In this document: piece by piece, positions 41,845-61,049 of the stretch
Position numbering within the stretch: the first letter of the stretch is position 1
How the letters are laid out: every line of letters begins with the position of its first letter
NCBI RefSeq assembly: GCF_009914755.1
Contig: NC_060929.1
Strand: one strand, 5' to 3'
DNA from: the human T2T-CHM13v2.0 reference genome, Homo sapiens
DNA length: 64,000 nucleotides
Made by a program: the position numbers and the translations under genes
The notes under the pieces: generated by a model
Database searches by the model: none
What the model was told of the DNA's origin: nothing
Seen by the model: only the letters and a program-made list of their open reading frames with translations

Positions 41845-44225
41845 CGTAGTAGTCAGTTTTCACAATGATATAAAGAATGACTTGAGACTGAGTAATTTAT
41901 GAAGAAAAGAGATTTAATTGATTCATAGTTCTTCAGGCTTTACAGGAAGCATGAATGGGAGGACTCAGGAAACTCAGAAAATCATGGTGGAAGGCAAAGG
42001 GGAAACAAGGTTCTTCTTGACATGGCACCAGGAGAGAGAGAGCACAAGGAGGGAAGTGCCACACACTTTTAAACCATCAGATCTCTTGGAACTCACTCAC
42101 TATCATGAGAATAGCATGTGGAAATCTGCTCCCATGATCCAGTCACCTCCACCCAGGCCCGTCTCTTGACATGAGGGGATTACAATTTGAGATGAGATTT
42201 GGGTGGGGACAGAGGGCCAAGCCATATTATTTCTCCTCTGGCCCCTCCCAAGTATCATGTCCTTCTCACATTTCAAAACCAATCATGCCTTCCCCACAGA
42301 CTGAAAGTCTTAACTTATTCCAGCATTAACTCAAAAGTCCATGTCCAAAGTTTCATCTGAGACAAGGCAAATCGCTTCTGCCTATAAGCCTGTAAAATCA
42401 AAAACAAGTTAGTTAATTTCAAGACAACAGTGGGGGTACAGGGATCAGGTAAACACTCCAATTCCATAAGGGAGAAATTAGCCAAAACAAAGGGTCTGCA
42501 GGCCCCATGCAAGTCCAAAACCCGACAAGGCAGTCATTAAATCTTAAGGCTCTGAAACAATCTTCTTTGACCTCATCTCTCACGTCCAGAGCATACTGAT
42601 GCAATATCTGGGCTCCCATGAGCTTTGACAGCTCTGCCTCTGTGGCTCTGCAAGGCACAGCCCCCACAGCTGCTTTCACAGGCTAGGATTGAGTGCCTGT
42701 GACTTTTCCAGGCACACTGTGCAAGCTGTCAGTGGATCTACCATTCTGGGGTCTGAAGCACTATGACCCTCTTCTCAAAGCTCCAGTAGGGAGTGCCCCA
42801 GTGGGGAATCTGTGTGGGGGCTCCAACCCCACATTTTCCCTCTGCACTGCCCTAGTAGAGGTTCTCCATAAGGGCTCCACTTCTGCAGCAGACTTTTGCC
42901 TAGACATCCAGGCATTTCCATACATCCTCTGAAATCTAGATGGAGGTTCCCAAACCTCACCTCTTCCCTTCTGCACAACCACAGGCCCAGCCTCATGTGG
43001 AAGCCACCAAAGCTTGAGGCTTGTATTCTCTGAAGCAATGGCCTGAGTAGTGCCTTGGACCCTTTTAGCCACAGTTGGAGCTGAGCAGCTGGAACACTGG
43101 GCACCATGTCCCGAGGCTGCCCAGAGCAGCAGGGCCCTGGGCCCATCCCACTAAACAATTTCTCCCTCCTAGGCCTCCAGGCTTATAATGGGAGGGGCTG
43201 CCTCAAAGGTCTCTGAAATGTACTGGAGACGTATTCCACGTTGTCTTTGCCATTAACATTTGGCTCCTCTTTACTTATGCAAATTTTTGCTTGAATTTCT
43301 CCCAAGAGCGTGGGTTTTTCTTTTTTACTATATGGTTAGGCTGCAAATTTTCCAAACTTTTATGCTCTGCTTTCCTTTTAAATATACGTTTCAGTTTCAA
43401 GCCATCTCTTTCTTCATGGACATGAGCATAAACTTTTAGAAGCAGCCAGGCCACATGTTGGAAGGTCTGTTGCTTAGAAATTTGTTTCACCAGATACCCT
43501 AAATCATCTCTCTGAAGTTCAACATTACACAGATCTCTAGGGCCGGGTCAAAAGGCTGTCAGTCTCTTTGCTAAAGCATAGCAAGAGTAACTTTTTCTTC
43601 AGTTCTCAATGAGTTCCTCATCTCCATCTGAGACCCCCTCAGCCTGGACTTCATTATCCAAATCATTATCAGCATTTTGTTCACAACCATTCAACAGGTC
43701 TCTAGGAAGATTTAAACTTTCCCATATCTCCCTGTCTTCTTCTGAGTCCTCCAAACTGTTTCCTACCTCTGCCTGTTACCCAGTTCCAAAGTTACTTCCA
43801 TATTTTCAGGTATTTTTATAGCAATGCCCCACTTCTCTGGTACCAATTTTCTGTATCTATCTCTTCTCAAACTGCTATAAAGAACTACTGGGTAATTTAT
43901 GAGGAAAAGAGGTTTAATTGACTCACAGTTCTGCAAGCTTAACAGGAAGCACGACTGGGAGGCCTCAGGAAACTAACAATCATGGCAGAAGGTAAAGGGG
44001 GAGCAGGTGCCTTCTTCACATGGTGTCAGTAGAGAGAAGAGCCGGGGGGAAGTTCCACACACTTTTAAACCATCAGATCTTGTGAGAACTCACTGACTGT
44101 CACGAGAACAGTATGGGAAATCCACCCCCATGATCAAATCACCTCCTACCAGACCCCTCCCCTGACACGTGGGGATTACGATTCAACATGAGATTTGTGT
44201 GGGGACACAGAGCCAAAGTATATCA
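41845..44225 (-). mobile_element. complete THE1D-like MaLR provirus (LTR 41845-42229, internal 42230-43851, LTR 43852-44225)
   Basis: Two similar ~380-bp THE1 LTRs around a ~1.6-kb THE1 internal region; 5-bp TSD CTAAC/CTCAC. Confidence 0.9.
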
Positions 44226-44994
44226 CTCACCTAATAAGTGCTTATCTTGATTAAATTGTATGGAAAACTACAACTTAAATTATGTGATCAGAAATTCTAT
44301 CTAATGATAGACATTAATTCAAATGCCACCATGTTCTCCTGTCAGCTTCTCATATATTGTCATGGATATGATTTAATTGTCCTTCAGTGTCATGGAACGC
44401 ATCCTGAGATTCAGCTGATGAAGTTGCAAACTGGATAAATATAAATGATGATGTTTCAAAAAAGAAAATCCTCACTTAGTAAAAAAATGTTAGGTTTATT
44501 TTACACTTTCTTGACAGCTGAACTAATATAAAAAGCACTCACCTTGTTTCTTTCAGTTTTGTGTATGTTTTGATTGTGTCAGCTGAGTTCTTCTTCACGG
44601 GATTTTCTATGTGTCAGAGACACTTGTCCCCCATTCTGTTTTCCTGTGTAATCTCAAAATTGACAAGGGTCTTCACTGTATGTGAAAAGGATGTCTGTGT
44701 TGCTTGATTTTATGTGTGACTACTGTTTGCGATTGTCCTTTTCCCAATATGACATGTAATTTTACAGCACAGATAGTTTTTCAAAAGAATTACATTCCCA
44801 GGCTTAGCAGAGGGAGCGGCCTACTTATTGAAATGTGAAATCGAATCTCTGAAACAGAAACACCAAATTATTATACTAATCTGTAAAGTAGCTATAAAAC
44901 GTTATTTTTCAGAGTGAAGTATCTGTCAAGATGGCTAGTTTTGGTGTATAATAGAAACGGTATTTTATTCCTTTTATTTCTGTAAACAGATTAA

Positions 44995-44997
<3 letters not shown>

Positions 44998-45042
<45 letters not shown>
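44998..45042. repeat. (TG)n microsatellite, about 22 units
   Basis: Direct reading. Confidence 0.95.
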
Positions 45043-45044
<2 letters not shown>

Positions 45045-45057
45045 ATGGGATATAATA

Positions 45058-47807
<2,750 letters not shown>

Positions 47808-48754
47808 TGTTACATTCAAGAGAAAAGCTCAGTCGAACTAATAAATAAATCAAAATTTCTTCTGATTATTTAGGTGTTTTTTCCTGTTAGATAATTAAGA
47901 CATCCAACTGTTGCTTGCTGCTTCACCACACAGACCATACACAGATACAAATACACACTCCATGAATGAGCATATGTGCTTGTTTAAAGAGACATACTAA
48001 CCAAACAGTTGTATGCTGCCGTGATATTGATTATGTCATCAAGTTCCTTATTTAACAAAACAGAGCTGTGTATGAAGTATTTCTCTAAAATGTACATTCA
48101 ATAGCAACTGGTTTTGTTCAGTCTTATGTACCCATATTATTTAAATGAGCACCTGGAGTCTAGAATTAACTAAAAAATATCTATGTTGATGCATATTAAG
48201 TTGATTTTGAAGTCATAAATTTTGACAAGAATTGATACTATGGCACTGTCATAACTTTACAAAAGATGACCTGAACTAACATGATTTTATGCTTTTACCA
48301 GTGGAACTCCCTGAAATATATTCAGATAATTTGTTATTAAAGCAAAACTAAGTTTATTGAAACCCTGTGCCAAGAAAGTACACCATTTTGACATACTTTT
48401 GCAGTGTTTCAGCAGGGAAGAGTGAGAGGAAGATTTTTCATGTTTGTGGAGAATGGCTTAAGAGAGTTAAATGAGTCTTTCAAAGTGAGTAGCTGATTGA
48501 AATTGAGCTAAACTCAGAGCATAATAGTTTAGATAGTCTAAGAAATTGAAAAAGAAGTTGATGCCAAGCATACAAGAAATAACACCACCAAAAAATAGAC
48601 CTAAATACAGACAAAATTAGATTAAAAACAAGAATATGTTCAATGTTAATAAAAGCAAAAGGAACATAGACATAGTTATGGAGGAGTTTTGTTTTGTTTT
48701 AATAAGATAAAAATATGGTTAGTTTTATAGCAATACACCTGGAAATCTGGATCA

Positions 48755-49000
48755 ATTCTGTCCACTATAGTCATTACTAGTGACATGTAGATATTGAACA
48801 CTTGAAATATGGTGGATTTGAATTGATTTATGCTATATGTAAAATACAAACTAGATTTAGTTTAAAAAATGTAAAACTGAATAATTTTAATATTGTTTTA
48901 TGCTGAGATGACAATATTTTGGATATACTGGATTAAATACATATAAAATATTGTTAAAAATCAAGTAGTATAGTAAAATTGGTCTTTTTGTTTTACTTTT
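48755..49000 (-). mobile_element. MER33 (hAT-Charlie) fragment
   Basis: CTGTCCA...ATTGAACACTTGAAAT...AATATTTTGGATATACTGG. Confidence 0.7.
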
Positions 49001-49097
49001 TTATTTTGTTTTGGTTTTTGAAGGGATAGAAATCATGGCTAAGATGGACCCTGGGGCATATCATTGACCATCATGAAACATGCACTGATTTGCCAAA

Positions 49098-50050
49098 TGT
49101 ATTATTTTCCTGTGGCTGTTATAAAAATCACAATACACTTAGTAGTTTAAAACAACATAAATTTATTGTCTAGCAGTATTCCAGGTTAGAAGTTCAACAC
49201 AGGTCTTACTGATTTAAAATCAAAGCATTGGAAGACTGCATTCCTTCTATAGGCTCTGTGGAATAATCCATGACCTGGCCTTTCCCAGGCTTTAGAATCC
49301 AGCTGCATTCTTTGATGCATGTTCCCTGTCTTGGGCAGCTTGGAATACTGTAAGAAAATACCATAGACCGGGTGACTTAAACAACTGACATTTATTTCTC
49401 AGAGTTCTGAAAGTTGGGAAGTCCAAGATTAAGGTGCTGGTATATTTGGTTCGTGGTGAGGGCCCACTCCCTCTCTGGTTAGTAGATGGCCTCCTTCTCT
49501 CTGTGTTCACATGGCCTTTCCTGGATACATGTTTACGGAGAGAGAAAGAGAAGGGTGGTTGGGTGGGAGGTGGTCTAGTATCTCCACCTTTTCTTATAAG
49601 AACACTAACATTATCATGAGAACACCACACTTAGGACATTATCTCAACCTAGGTTCCTCCCAAAAGCTCCATCTCCAGATACTATCACACTGCCAATTAA
49701 TAGATCATTGAAAATAATCTATTAATATTTGAACAATGCCAATCATCTTCAATAGATTAATTTTAGGGAGACACAAATATTCAGTTCATAACAGTTCCTT
49801 TCCTTGACCTTCAAAGCTACAAATGAAGGAGCAAGTCTTCACATTCTCCTTTTATATCTCCCTCTTCTACGTGTAAAGAATCTTATGATTGCATTTGGCC
49901 ATCTAAAAATCTATGATAGTCTCTCCATTTCAAAATCCTTAACTCTAATTGCATTTGCAAAGTCTGTCCTGCCAGGTAAGCTAACAAATTTATAAATTAT
50001 CTGGATTAGGACCGCATCATCTCTGAAGAGCCATTATTCTGACTACCACA
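49098..50050 (-). mobile_element. MLT1D-like LTR with a nested MLT1A-like LTR
   Basis: TGTATTATTTTCCTGTGGCTG ... GCCATTATTCTGACTACCACA ends. Confidence 0.75.
49327..49793 (-). mobile_element. MLT1A-like LTR nested in MLT1D
   Basis: AATACCATAGACCGGGTGACTTAAACAAC...GACACAAATATTCAGTTCATAACA; GTTCC on both flanks. Confidence 0.75.
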
Positions 50051-51860
50051 TCAGTATGTTAGTTTATGTCAAGATTGCTGTAATAATCAATAGGTTCTGG
50101 TACCACAAATCCAGTAGCAGTCATTAAGGTTGATTGAGTTTATTGATTGCTTTCAGCTCCATTCTGCTATTAATCACTTTTGGGGATATAAAATGAAGAC
50201 CTTATCACATAGAGGAAGAGGTAGATGTGATAGGAGCTTGAATATGTAATAAGAATTTTTTATGATATGTAAATGTGAGAAATGAATTAAGTATGTGCCA
50301 TTTGTTCTCTTCTTTTTAAGACATTTCTTTCTAAAGGTTTAGTGACAGAAGTTGCATTCTATTAAAGATCCCTAAGTGCTGTTCTGCTGTAGGCATAAGC
50401 TTTCTTTCCTGGGTGCAGCATGTTAGGATTTAAGATTTCTATTTATCTAATACTCTGCTGTTTGTCAGATAAAATAACAATAAATAGTGAGTCCAATTAT
50501 TGATAAACCCAGATGTTTCATATTTAGGAATCGATGTTAAAAAAAAAGAACTCTAATTGGCATCCTAAGGAAAATGTGTGCAGCTTAGCACTGATTCAAC
50601 TGCATGTTTAGCCAAATTGTGAACAAATTACGGCCAGCTTCCGGACTCTTCTAGAGAGTGACTAAGGACGGCATAGAGGAATTAGGAATAGTAGCTTTAT
50701 AGGTAAAGTAATTAAATGTAACCTTAAGCATAAAAAGATAAAGTTAACTAGGAAAATGAAAACTCAAGATATACAGATTAAATATGACAAACAATGGATC
50801 TTTTTTTGTGGATCTTGGTTTGCAGATACCGATATCTCATATAGTGATTCACTTGATCCAAAGGCATTTGATGGAAGCTGTCTTCTCCCAAAGACTATTT
50901 GCTTTTGGAAGAATCCTAAGAGTCATTAGTTAGAAGTTTTTGGTAGGGATACTTTCCTGTAATATGAAGATGACCTAAACCTCTTTACTTGAGAGATAGG
51001 AATCAAAGGATCAGTCTTTTAAAGACTATGGGTTTGCTAGTTGTTAGCTGTGCCTGATAGTGACTTTTTTCCTATGATCTTTCCCTGCCGTGTCTCTTAG
51101 AAGACAAGGTATCCAGGTATGAAAACCAATTTTGCAGACATTGTTTAGGATACTAATGGGGAAAGTCTTCAGTAACTTTTGTTGAAAGAATGGATTTCCT
51201 GAGTCCTTACAGCATTTAGTTAAATAAGTGTAGATTTCTAGAATCAGAGCTAATATTCCTAGACACTTGGTTTAGCTGTTACTAACTCATGAACCACAGA
51301 AAGAAGAAATACCTTAGACCATGCAAGTTTGACGATGTCTGTGAACTTTACCAACTTTAGTTTCAGAATTCCATCTTTCTACCTTCCCAAAAGGTTGAAA
51401 GTGATATGGACAGTGAAGTCTGATTAATTGACAGAACTTTTCCATGTTAATAAAAATTCCGGTAAAATGGTTTCCTTGTTACTAGAGATATAGTTTGGGA
51501 TTCCCCAGGCTGAAAAAAAAAAAAAGGATTTTCTCCATGCCAACAAGAGACAAATAATGATCAGAACATATTTAAAATCTATTGCCAGCACTTGTTATGA
51601 AAAATTCATTTAGATTTTTACTGAGACATTTTACAGTTTTGTTAGGATTAATCTGACGAAGGTTGAGACAAGTTGTAAGGATATAGTTATATAAAGATAT
51701 ACTTACCAATTTTAGCAAAATTTTCCCCCAGCTATTGGTTAAATACATTGGTCAATTTGTCCTCATTGTGCCAGAAAAGCTCAGCAGTTCTGACTAAAGT
51801 TTATGTTAACCCATTGCCAGTAGAATGAAAGAGTTGAATCCTCTCTTAAATTATAATATA

Positions 51861-52900
51861 TAGTTGACTCCTCAACAACACAGGTTTGAACTGTGCAGGT
51901 CTGCTCATATGTAGATTTTTTCCTATAAATATATTAGAAAATTTTTGGAGATTTATGAAAAATTGAAAAAGATAACAGGTGACCCATCTACACAAGAAAT
52001 ATTAAAAAACTAAGAAAACGATGTCATGAATGCATAAATCATATGTAGATACTAGTGATCATTTAATACAATGAAATATATATGCGTCTATTATAAAAAG
52101 TTAAAATTTATCAAGACGTAGGCAAACACAGAGCATACATGCAGCCAATTGAAGTTTAGAGAAAAGTAAAACAAAAATATACAAAAGTAAATCATAACTG
52201 CACAAAATTAACTGTAGTACATACTGTACTACTGGGATAATTTCCTAGCCTCCACCTGTTGTTCTTGCAGTGAACTCAAGTGTTGTGAGTATTCACTTAA
52301 AATGCCACATAATGCTAATCATCTTCTTGTGAGTAGCTTGTCTCTCCAGTAAATTAACACAGTAAAAAGTGTTCTCTCATGTTTCTCCTGTATTATTCAT
52401 GATGTCTAGTGCAATACCATAAACCTTGAATAACACCTTCAGACCTATAAAAAGTGCTGCTAGTGATGCTGAAAGTTCTTCCAGGAAACAGAGAAGGGTC
52501 CTGACATTACAGGAAAACAATGAATTGCTTGATAGGTACCCTAGATTGAGGCCTGCAGCTGTGTGTGCTGCCATTTCAGAAGAAGGATCCATCTTGTAAA
52601 CACAGGATTGTAAACTTATGAGAGAAATAAATATACTGTAGTACTGTAAACGTATTTTTTCTTCCCTATAATTTTCTTAATAACACTTTCTTTTCTGTAA
52701 CTAGCTTCATTGTAAAACTACGGTGTAAAATACATACAGCGTATGAAATATGTGTTAAGGATTGTCCAGTCAACAGTAGGCTGTTAGTTTAGTTTTGGGG
52801 AGTCCAAAGTTATATGTGAATTTTTGACTGTGCTGGGGTGGTGGGGAGGGGTTAGGGAGGTTTGATGGCCCTAAACCTTGTGTTTTTCAGGAGTCAACTG
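51861..52900 (+). mobile_element. Tigger2-family non-autonomous element (Tigger2b-like), ~1.04 kb
   Basis: TIRs TAGTTGACTCCT / AGGAGTCAACTG, TA on both sides. Confidence 0.85.
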
Positions 52901-54308
52901 TACAATTTAGAAGAATATGATTTAGAATTTCCCTGAGATTAAGAACATATTAAATGGTGGGAAGGATATTGATAGACCTCTAGATCTAGTGACACTATCA
53001 ACTTTGACTGTGTCTGTTTGATGAAGGAATTAAAATCTAGTAACAAAAGCATTTTGTAGATAGTTATTGTACCAGTCTTTGTTCTTGAACATCAGTGTGT
53101 TTTTTTGAACTGAAAATCACACATTGAATGAAAGGCTTCATCTCAATATATTTTATTTACACATAAATTTGAGCTGTTTTTTGTTCACAAGTTTGGCCGA
53201 TAAAAGAGCCCTCACAATAGCTTTAATTACCATTTAAAATTACAAATTAATGTGATTTTTTAATTTTTCTCTCTTTTGTAGGGTGAAGGAGCAATGCTTT
53301 TGGTTACTCAGTATTCTCTCAAGAAAATTTAAAGATAGTTTATACATAGAAGATATTTTAACAGGCTATATTCTGAACTTGTGGCCCGGATTTGGAAAAA
53401 GCAATATATCAAGTATGGTTCAAGGGGACAAGAAAGAGAGAAGCATTTGTTACCATTTTTCCAAGTCAAAAATATTTAATCAGATAATATTTTAAAAGCC
53501 AGCAATAATTAGTAATGATTGGTATAATGTTTTTGTCAAAATTATTAAATAGGAGATAAAATTAAAAGCTTTATTTTTTTGCATTCAAATAAAATTTTAA
53601 GTATTTTGATGAGCATATTAAATCAACAATGCATGTATTACATTGAACCTGACTTCTTAATAAGTTGCAACCAAATCTTTAATGATAAGTTTAGGTCAGA
53701 GAGATAATTTTGAGATTTGTCACCATAAAGATAGGGTATAATGTGATGTAAATAATTAAGATCAGGTGGAAAGACAAATAAGATTGAAGGAAGACCCAAG
53801 ACCAAGGTTTGAGGCACTCTCAGAAGTTCTAAAAAAAAAATTTAGACTATGAGTAAAGAAGGATTGATCAGCAAGGTGAAATGGATCAAGGAAATGTGGG
53901 CACTCAGAGGTACAGAGGGGTTAATTGCTGCTCAGAAAATACTCAGACGAATGCTGAACAATAGATTAGATAGAACCGATGTCCTAGAAATCATGAAGAT
54001 AAGTGACTTTATTAAAATACATATTATAAACAAAGAAGGAATTTACTGTTCGAAAAGTTGTCTTGAAGAATTGTTTTGGGAGAAAATAAAAAATAAACCT
54101 TATTTTCTAAAATACACTAAAACTAATTCCAAATGAGTCAAAGGATTGTGTACAGATATTTTAAATTAATAAAACAATGTTAGTGCAGATTCTCTTTAAT
54201 TACTTCCCTGATTGTTTTACCTATAGTAACTCATTTAATTCTACTAGCAATCTTTTCATGTTGGATACAGCTATTCAAATTTTCTTTTGTTATTGCAATA
54301 GCCTCCTA

Positions 54309-56486
<2,178 letters not shown>

Positions 56487-58444
56487 AAATGTTCATTTTT
56501 AATTATAGCACTACACCATGCACTGAATCACGGAGGGTAAAAATGCACACTGTTAATAAGAAGGAGGGAGTCAATCTCATTAGTATTATAATATTTATAC
56601 TGAATGAGACTCCATTCCCGAAATTCACAGAATTAAAATAATAAAAATAAAAATTTATTGCTAGCCAATTTGCAGCAAAAAAGATTCATTCTCATATTCT
56701 GCTATGAGAAAATAAATGAAATTGAATTTTAAAAGACATTTTTGGAAAGCCCTTTGAATTAACCAGAAAATTGTTAAATTCGTAGTTTTTTTGACTAACA
56801 TTCTTCTTCCACGTTAACAGAATTTATATATAAGTGACACTCATTGCATATACTTTTAAGGGGTAAAATAATTACTAAATTTATGTACACTATTAATACT
56901 TCATTGTATAAAATTGCATATATACCCATATGCAAATGTGCACAGAATCAATAGGGTAACCATAGACATAAAATGATCAGTGCAGGATATTTTATTTATG
57001 CATTTTATATATAATATACTTTTCATTTAATATTTTTGCTAATTTTATTGAATTGAATATTTATGCCTTGGTTATAGAACAACTAAATTTATTTTCAAAG
57101 AAACTCCATTATTATTGTCTGCAAGAGTAAAACTTATAAACAATCTAAAAATTCAACCAAATACAACCATTTACAATTGTGCCCTAGTTGAATTTGTAAT
57201 CGTAGGAGAAAACACAGGTGTTGAATTTTTTGAATTTCATTTAAAAAATAATTGACACAATCCCTAAGGTATCATATAAATTAATTGAATTGTTATTGTC
57301 TTGGGTTAACATTTATTTCTAGATTTTTTTTTCCCCTAATATCTGATTTTTTCCATTAACATTACTTATTTGGATAATCAGAAAAAAATCAACATTGCCA
57401 AAAGATAGATAATACCACAAGCGAAATATCTATGATAATGATAGGAAAATGCTTTGAATTCAGGCTGAATGAGAATTAGTCTAGGAAAACAGCTTGGACC
57501 CTCTCATTCCTGTTAATGTCATCTCTGTGTTTAGCACTGCTGCTATTCCTCAGCTACTAAGAAATGCTCTATTGCTGGGCATGGCATATGGGAAGCCAAG
57601 AAAAATGACTGGCTGCTTGGTGACAGCTCTCTAGTCCTCATGCCAAGTTCTGCCAGTGATTTAAATATTAAGTAATGGAAAGAATTTTGAAATCCAGGAT
57701 GATTAGAAAAGTCATTTTCTACAAAAGTGAAGCATTGTCTTTAGAGATTAAAATCTATGAAAATAACATTATTGAAATACTAGACTTCAGACTATTTTTC
57801 TGAATTACTGTAACTGTTGAAATAGGTCTTTCAGCCCATTAAGATAAACACCACACTTTTCTCTTCATGATCTCCAGCTGTAATTTTATAGTGAAAGGTG
57901 CTTGCATAAAAGAGTTCACACTATCTGAAAGATGTCACATGTAACATTGACTGGCAGCCATTTCAGAATGGCAGACAGCCAATAAATCATTCAGAACTAT
58001 GTGTCACTCGTTGTGGCTTTAAAATTGTATTCCTTCTCCTTTGATAAAGAACATTTCAATGTCAAATAGTTTGTTCTATTTAAACTTATACATCAACCAG
58101 AATATTGAGATACACAATAAAATTAAATGATTTGGTAATACCTTTAGAATTTATCTAAAAACAGCCGTATGTATTTGCATGACAGATTTGGTTCACAAAC
58201 CGATCAAGTTGTTAGTATCAAAGGCATGTTTTAGTGCTGATTTGTGTATAGATAAATTTAGGAAATTACATAAATAGAAATACTTCTTTATAAAATTCCT
58301 TGACCTTGTGATATCTTGGTATTAAGAATCTTAAAGGAATCATTTAAAAAAATTCAAAAGCAAACAATTTCGATTTTACAAGAGCTAAGAAAAAAACATT
58401 TTGCTATGGACACAGATCGCTCTTCAAGAAAAGATTTCTTTCCC

Positions 58445-58720
58445 CCTTGGCTGCTAGGAGCAATATTACAAAGCAGCCTTCAGCTCTCAGCTCCTTCAAA
58501 GTTTGCCTCAGCTGTAACCATTGTCTGGCTCAATGTTAGGGCATCCTGGAGCACTGGACATGCAAACACGAATGGAGATGAGGTTATAAAGCCTGGCCAT
58601 TTTGACCCACCTGAGAGGATTCTGACAGGTCCTTCCAGTGCCTGAGAAACCCAGGGCTCACATGCTTTATATTCTGATCATTCTGTAGGGGTTGTTCCCA
58701 TGGGTGATAGAAGCTGCCAA
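58445..58720 (+). mobile_element. LTR16-like ERVL LTR remnant
   Basis: TTGCCTCAGCTG and GTTATAAAGCCTGGCCATTTTGACCC motifs. Confidence 0.55.
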
Positions 58721-58949
58721 ATATAAAGAGGCAACCATGCAAATTTTTAGGAATTATTTCCAAAACTCTCATAACAACATCATATATATTTATTGGTTGT
58801 TTAAGTAGATTTCTGAGGAGTAGATAGCAACGATAGAAGTGAAAGAAAGTAAATGCAGTTGTTAAAGGATTAGTCTTCCCATACTTAGAAAGTACACAAG
58901 TTGCATATACACTATGTTCCTTCCCTAGAGCAAGTATTTCAATGCAGTC

Positions 58950-59003
58950 GTGTGTGTGTGTTTGTGTGCTTGTGTGTGTGTGGTGTGTGTGTGTGTGTGT
59001 GTG
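58950..59003. repeat. interrupted (TG)n
   Basis: Direct reading. Confidence 0.9.
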
Positions 59004-59489
59004 TATGCTAACTGAACTCATTATAGATTTTATTGGATCAGATATATGAAGAGACTTGGAAGACTTGGGTTTGTCTGGAACTGGGTGAAATAGAGAAGGA
59101 CGATCATTGACATAGAAAGCTGATTACTTTGTCCTTTGAGTATAAATAGTCTTACAATAAAATGGCATCTCCACTGTCTAAAACACATTTTTACATTTGC
59201 TCTCCTTCTGAAATTATTTATGTGAAATTAACAAATGTACTTATTACCTTAGAAACAAACGATCCGTAATTTATATTATTTATTGTATATTTGTAGATCC
59301 ACTTAAAATTGATTTGCAATATAAGGAAAAAATGCGTTTTATAAGTTGTTTGCTTTGTGTAGTGCATCTTGTTAACCGTAGGACTACTGTTGCATTGAAA
59401 CAAAATAGAATTAATCTGTTCAGGTAAATAGAACTGGAAGTGAGATTTGTTGTCACTCCTTCTCCTTCAAGTACTGACCAGTCTTTTAA

Positions 59490-59691
59490 TTCACACATAA
59501 CTAACACTCTGTGCAATAATATTTTTTTGTTCTCTGTCTTTTCAAACAGAACTCAAGCTCCATGAGGAGATGTTTCATTGTCGGTGAGCACATTCTTGTC
59601 AATTAGTTCCTTCTTGTTTCTTACTATAGCCCCTGTGTCTAGAACCTTTCCAGGTATTCAGTAGCCATTTAAAAATTATTTGTTGAATGAA
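59490..59691 (+). mobile_element. L2 3' end
   Basis: AAGCTCCATGAGG...TCTAGAAC...TATTTGTTGAATGAAT. Confidence 0.7.
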
Positions 59692-61049
59692 TTGTTATTT
59701 TAAAGAACATCCACAAGTTTTGCCTGACTGGGCATGGGAATACATGCCCATCTTTGGACTGAATGTCCATTTTTCCCTTCTTTGATTTATCAAAATATTG
59801 GTTAAATGATCAGGACTACCGTCAGAAGGAATTTTATATCTAAAAATAGTTTACCTTCTATGGATGTAAAAAATAGTTGTAGTAGTTCTGGCTTTTATAT
59901 TATTCGATGTTTCAAAGCGGTTTTTTTTTTCCATCACCATATTCTACGTTCTTGAAAAGTACTCGTTCATGTGACTGCTATCATTTATGCTTGTGCAGCA
60001 CGTAGATACAGGAGAGAAGATAAGGAAAATGCTTACCCTGTGTCTCCTTCCCTGTAACACAGTTTTTTTTACCATATTGATTCTCCACTTTCTACTCCCT
60101 AAGTAAAATTTTGCAACAGGCATTTGGGAAACTCTGGATACAAGAAAAAAATTTTAATATTGTACAAAGAGACAAGAGGTGACTTCTTTTTTATTTTTCA
60201 TTTAGAGTTTATAGTTTAATTAAAGAAAATGCACATATATCTAAAGATAATCATGGATAATACACTCATGTAATTACTACTTTCAGTGGTTGTAACAACA
60301 GCCAAAGCACAAACAGAAATGAGAAAGAATTATCAGCATTATGCAAGTACATATCCTCTTTAAGAATTCCTGTTATAGTGAAAGCATTAAAATAATTGAA
60401 CACGTACAGAGACCATATACTTTGTGATCTTTTTAAAAAAGTATTCAAAATATATTTCTGTGTGCAAAACATTTTCATAATGGTCTTGTTTAAATGAAAG
60501 TATTTAGAATAGCACATTGTAAAATTATGCTGCAGAGCACAAGTATTTTTCTCTTTAGAAGACACATAATAAAATAGAATCATCAGTGTTTTTTCATAAA
60601 CATGAATCTTTAGAGTGTTACTTGATCCTGCATAATAAGGGTACTTTTTTGCTTAATGTAAGCATAGTATACTAATTCTTTTAAACTTCAGAAAGCATAT
60701 TTACAGTCTAGGCAGATGGGACATGAAGGTCACACAGCATGAGCAGTGAAATATCTCATTTACCTAGAGTTCTAGAGAGAATTTTAGGAACTCTTATTTA
60801 TTATCAGTGCATAAACAAGAGTAAACTCTACAAAACTGTTTGCAAAACTCTCCTCTTTCTACTCAGAAGGCTTTCCCTAGAATAATCATTATGGAGTCTG
60901 TCCATCCTTTACTCATTCACTGCATGGGGACAGGTGTTAGTTATGAGATTGGTGAATTTAGAAAGCTAACCAATTTCATACCTATTTTGGGATTCTCAAT
61001 TCACAAACTTTTGTGCGTTTCTTAATTATTTCCTTTCTTTTTCTTGTAG

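Noticed and set aside
41914-41924. Possible DUX4 site in the THE1 LTR (TAATTGATTCA; TAATTGACTCA in the other LTR)
   Set aside because: Neither has the AATCA half of the DUX4 motif.
42315-43821. Several 67-127 aa ORFs
   Set aside because: Fragments of the decayed THE1 internal region.
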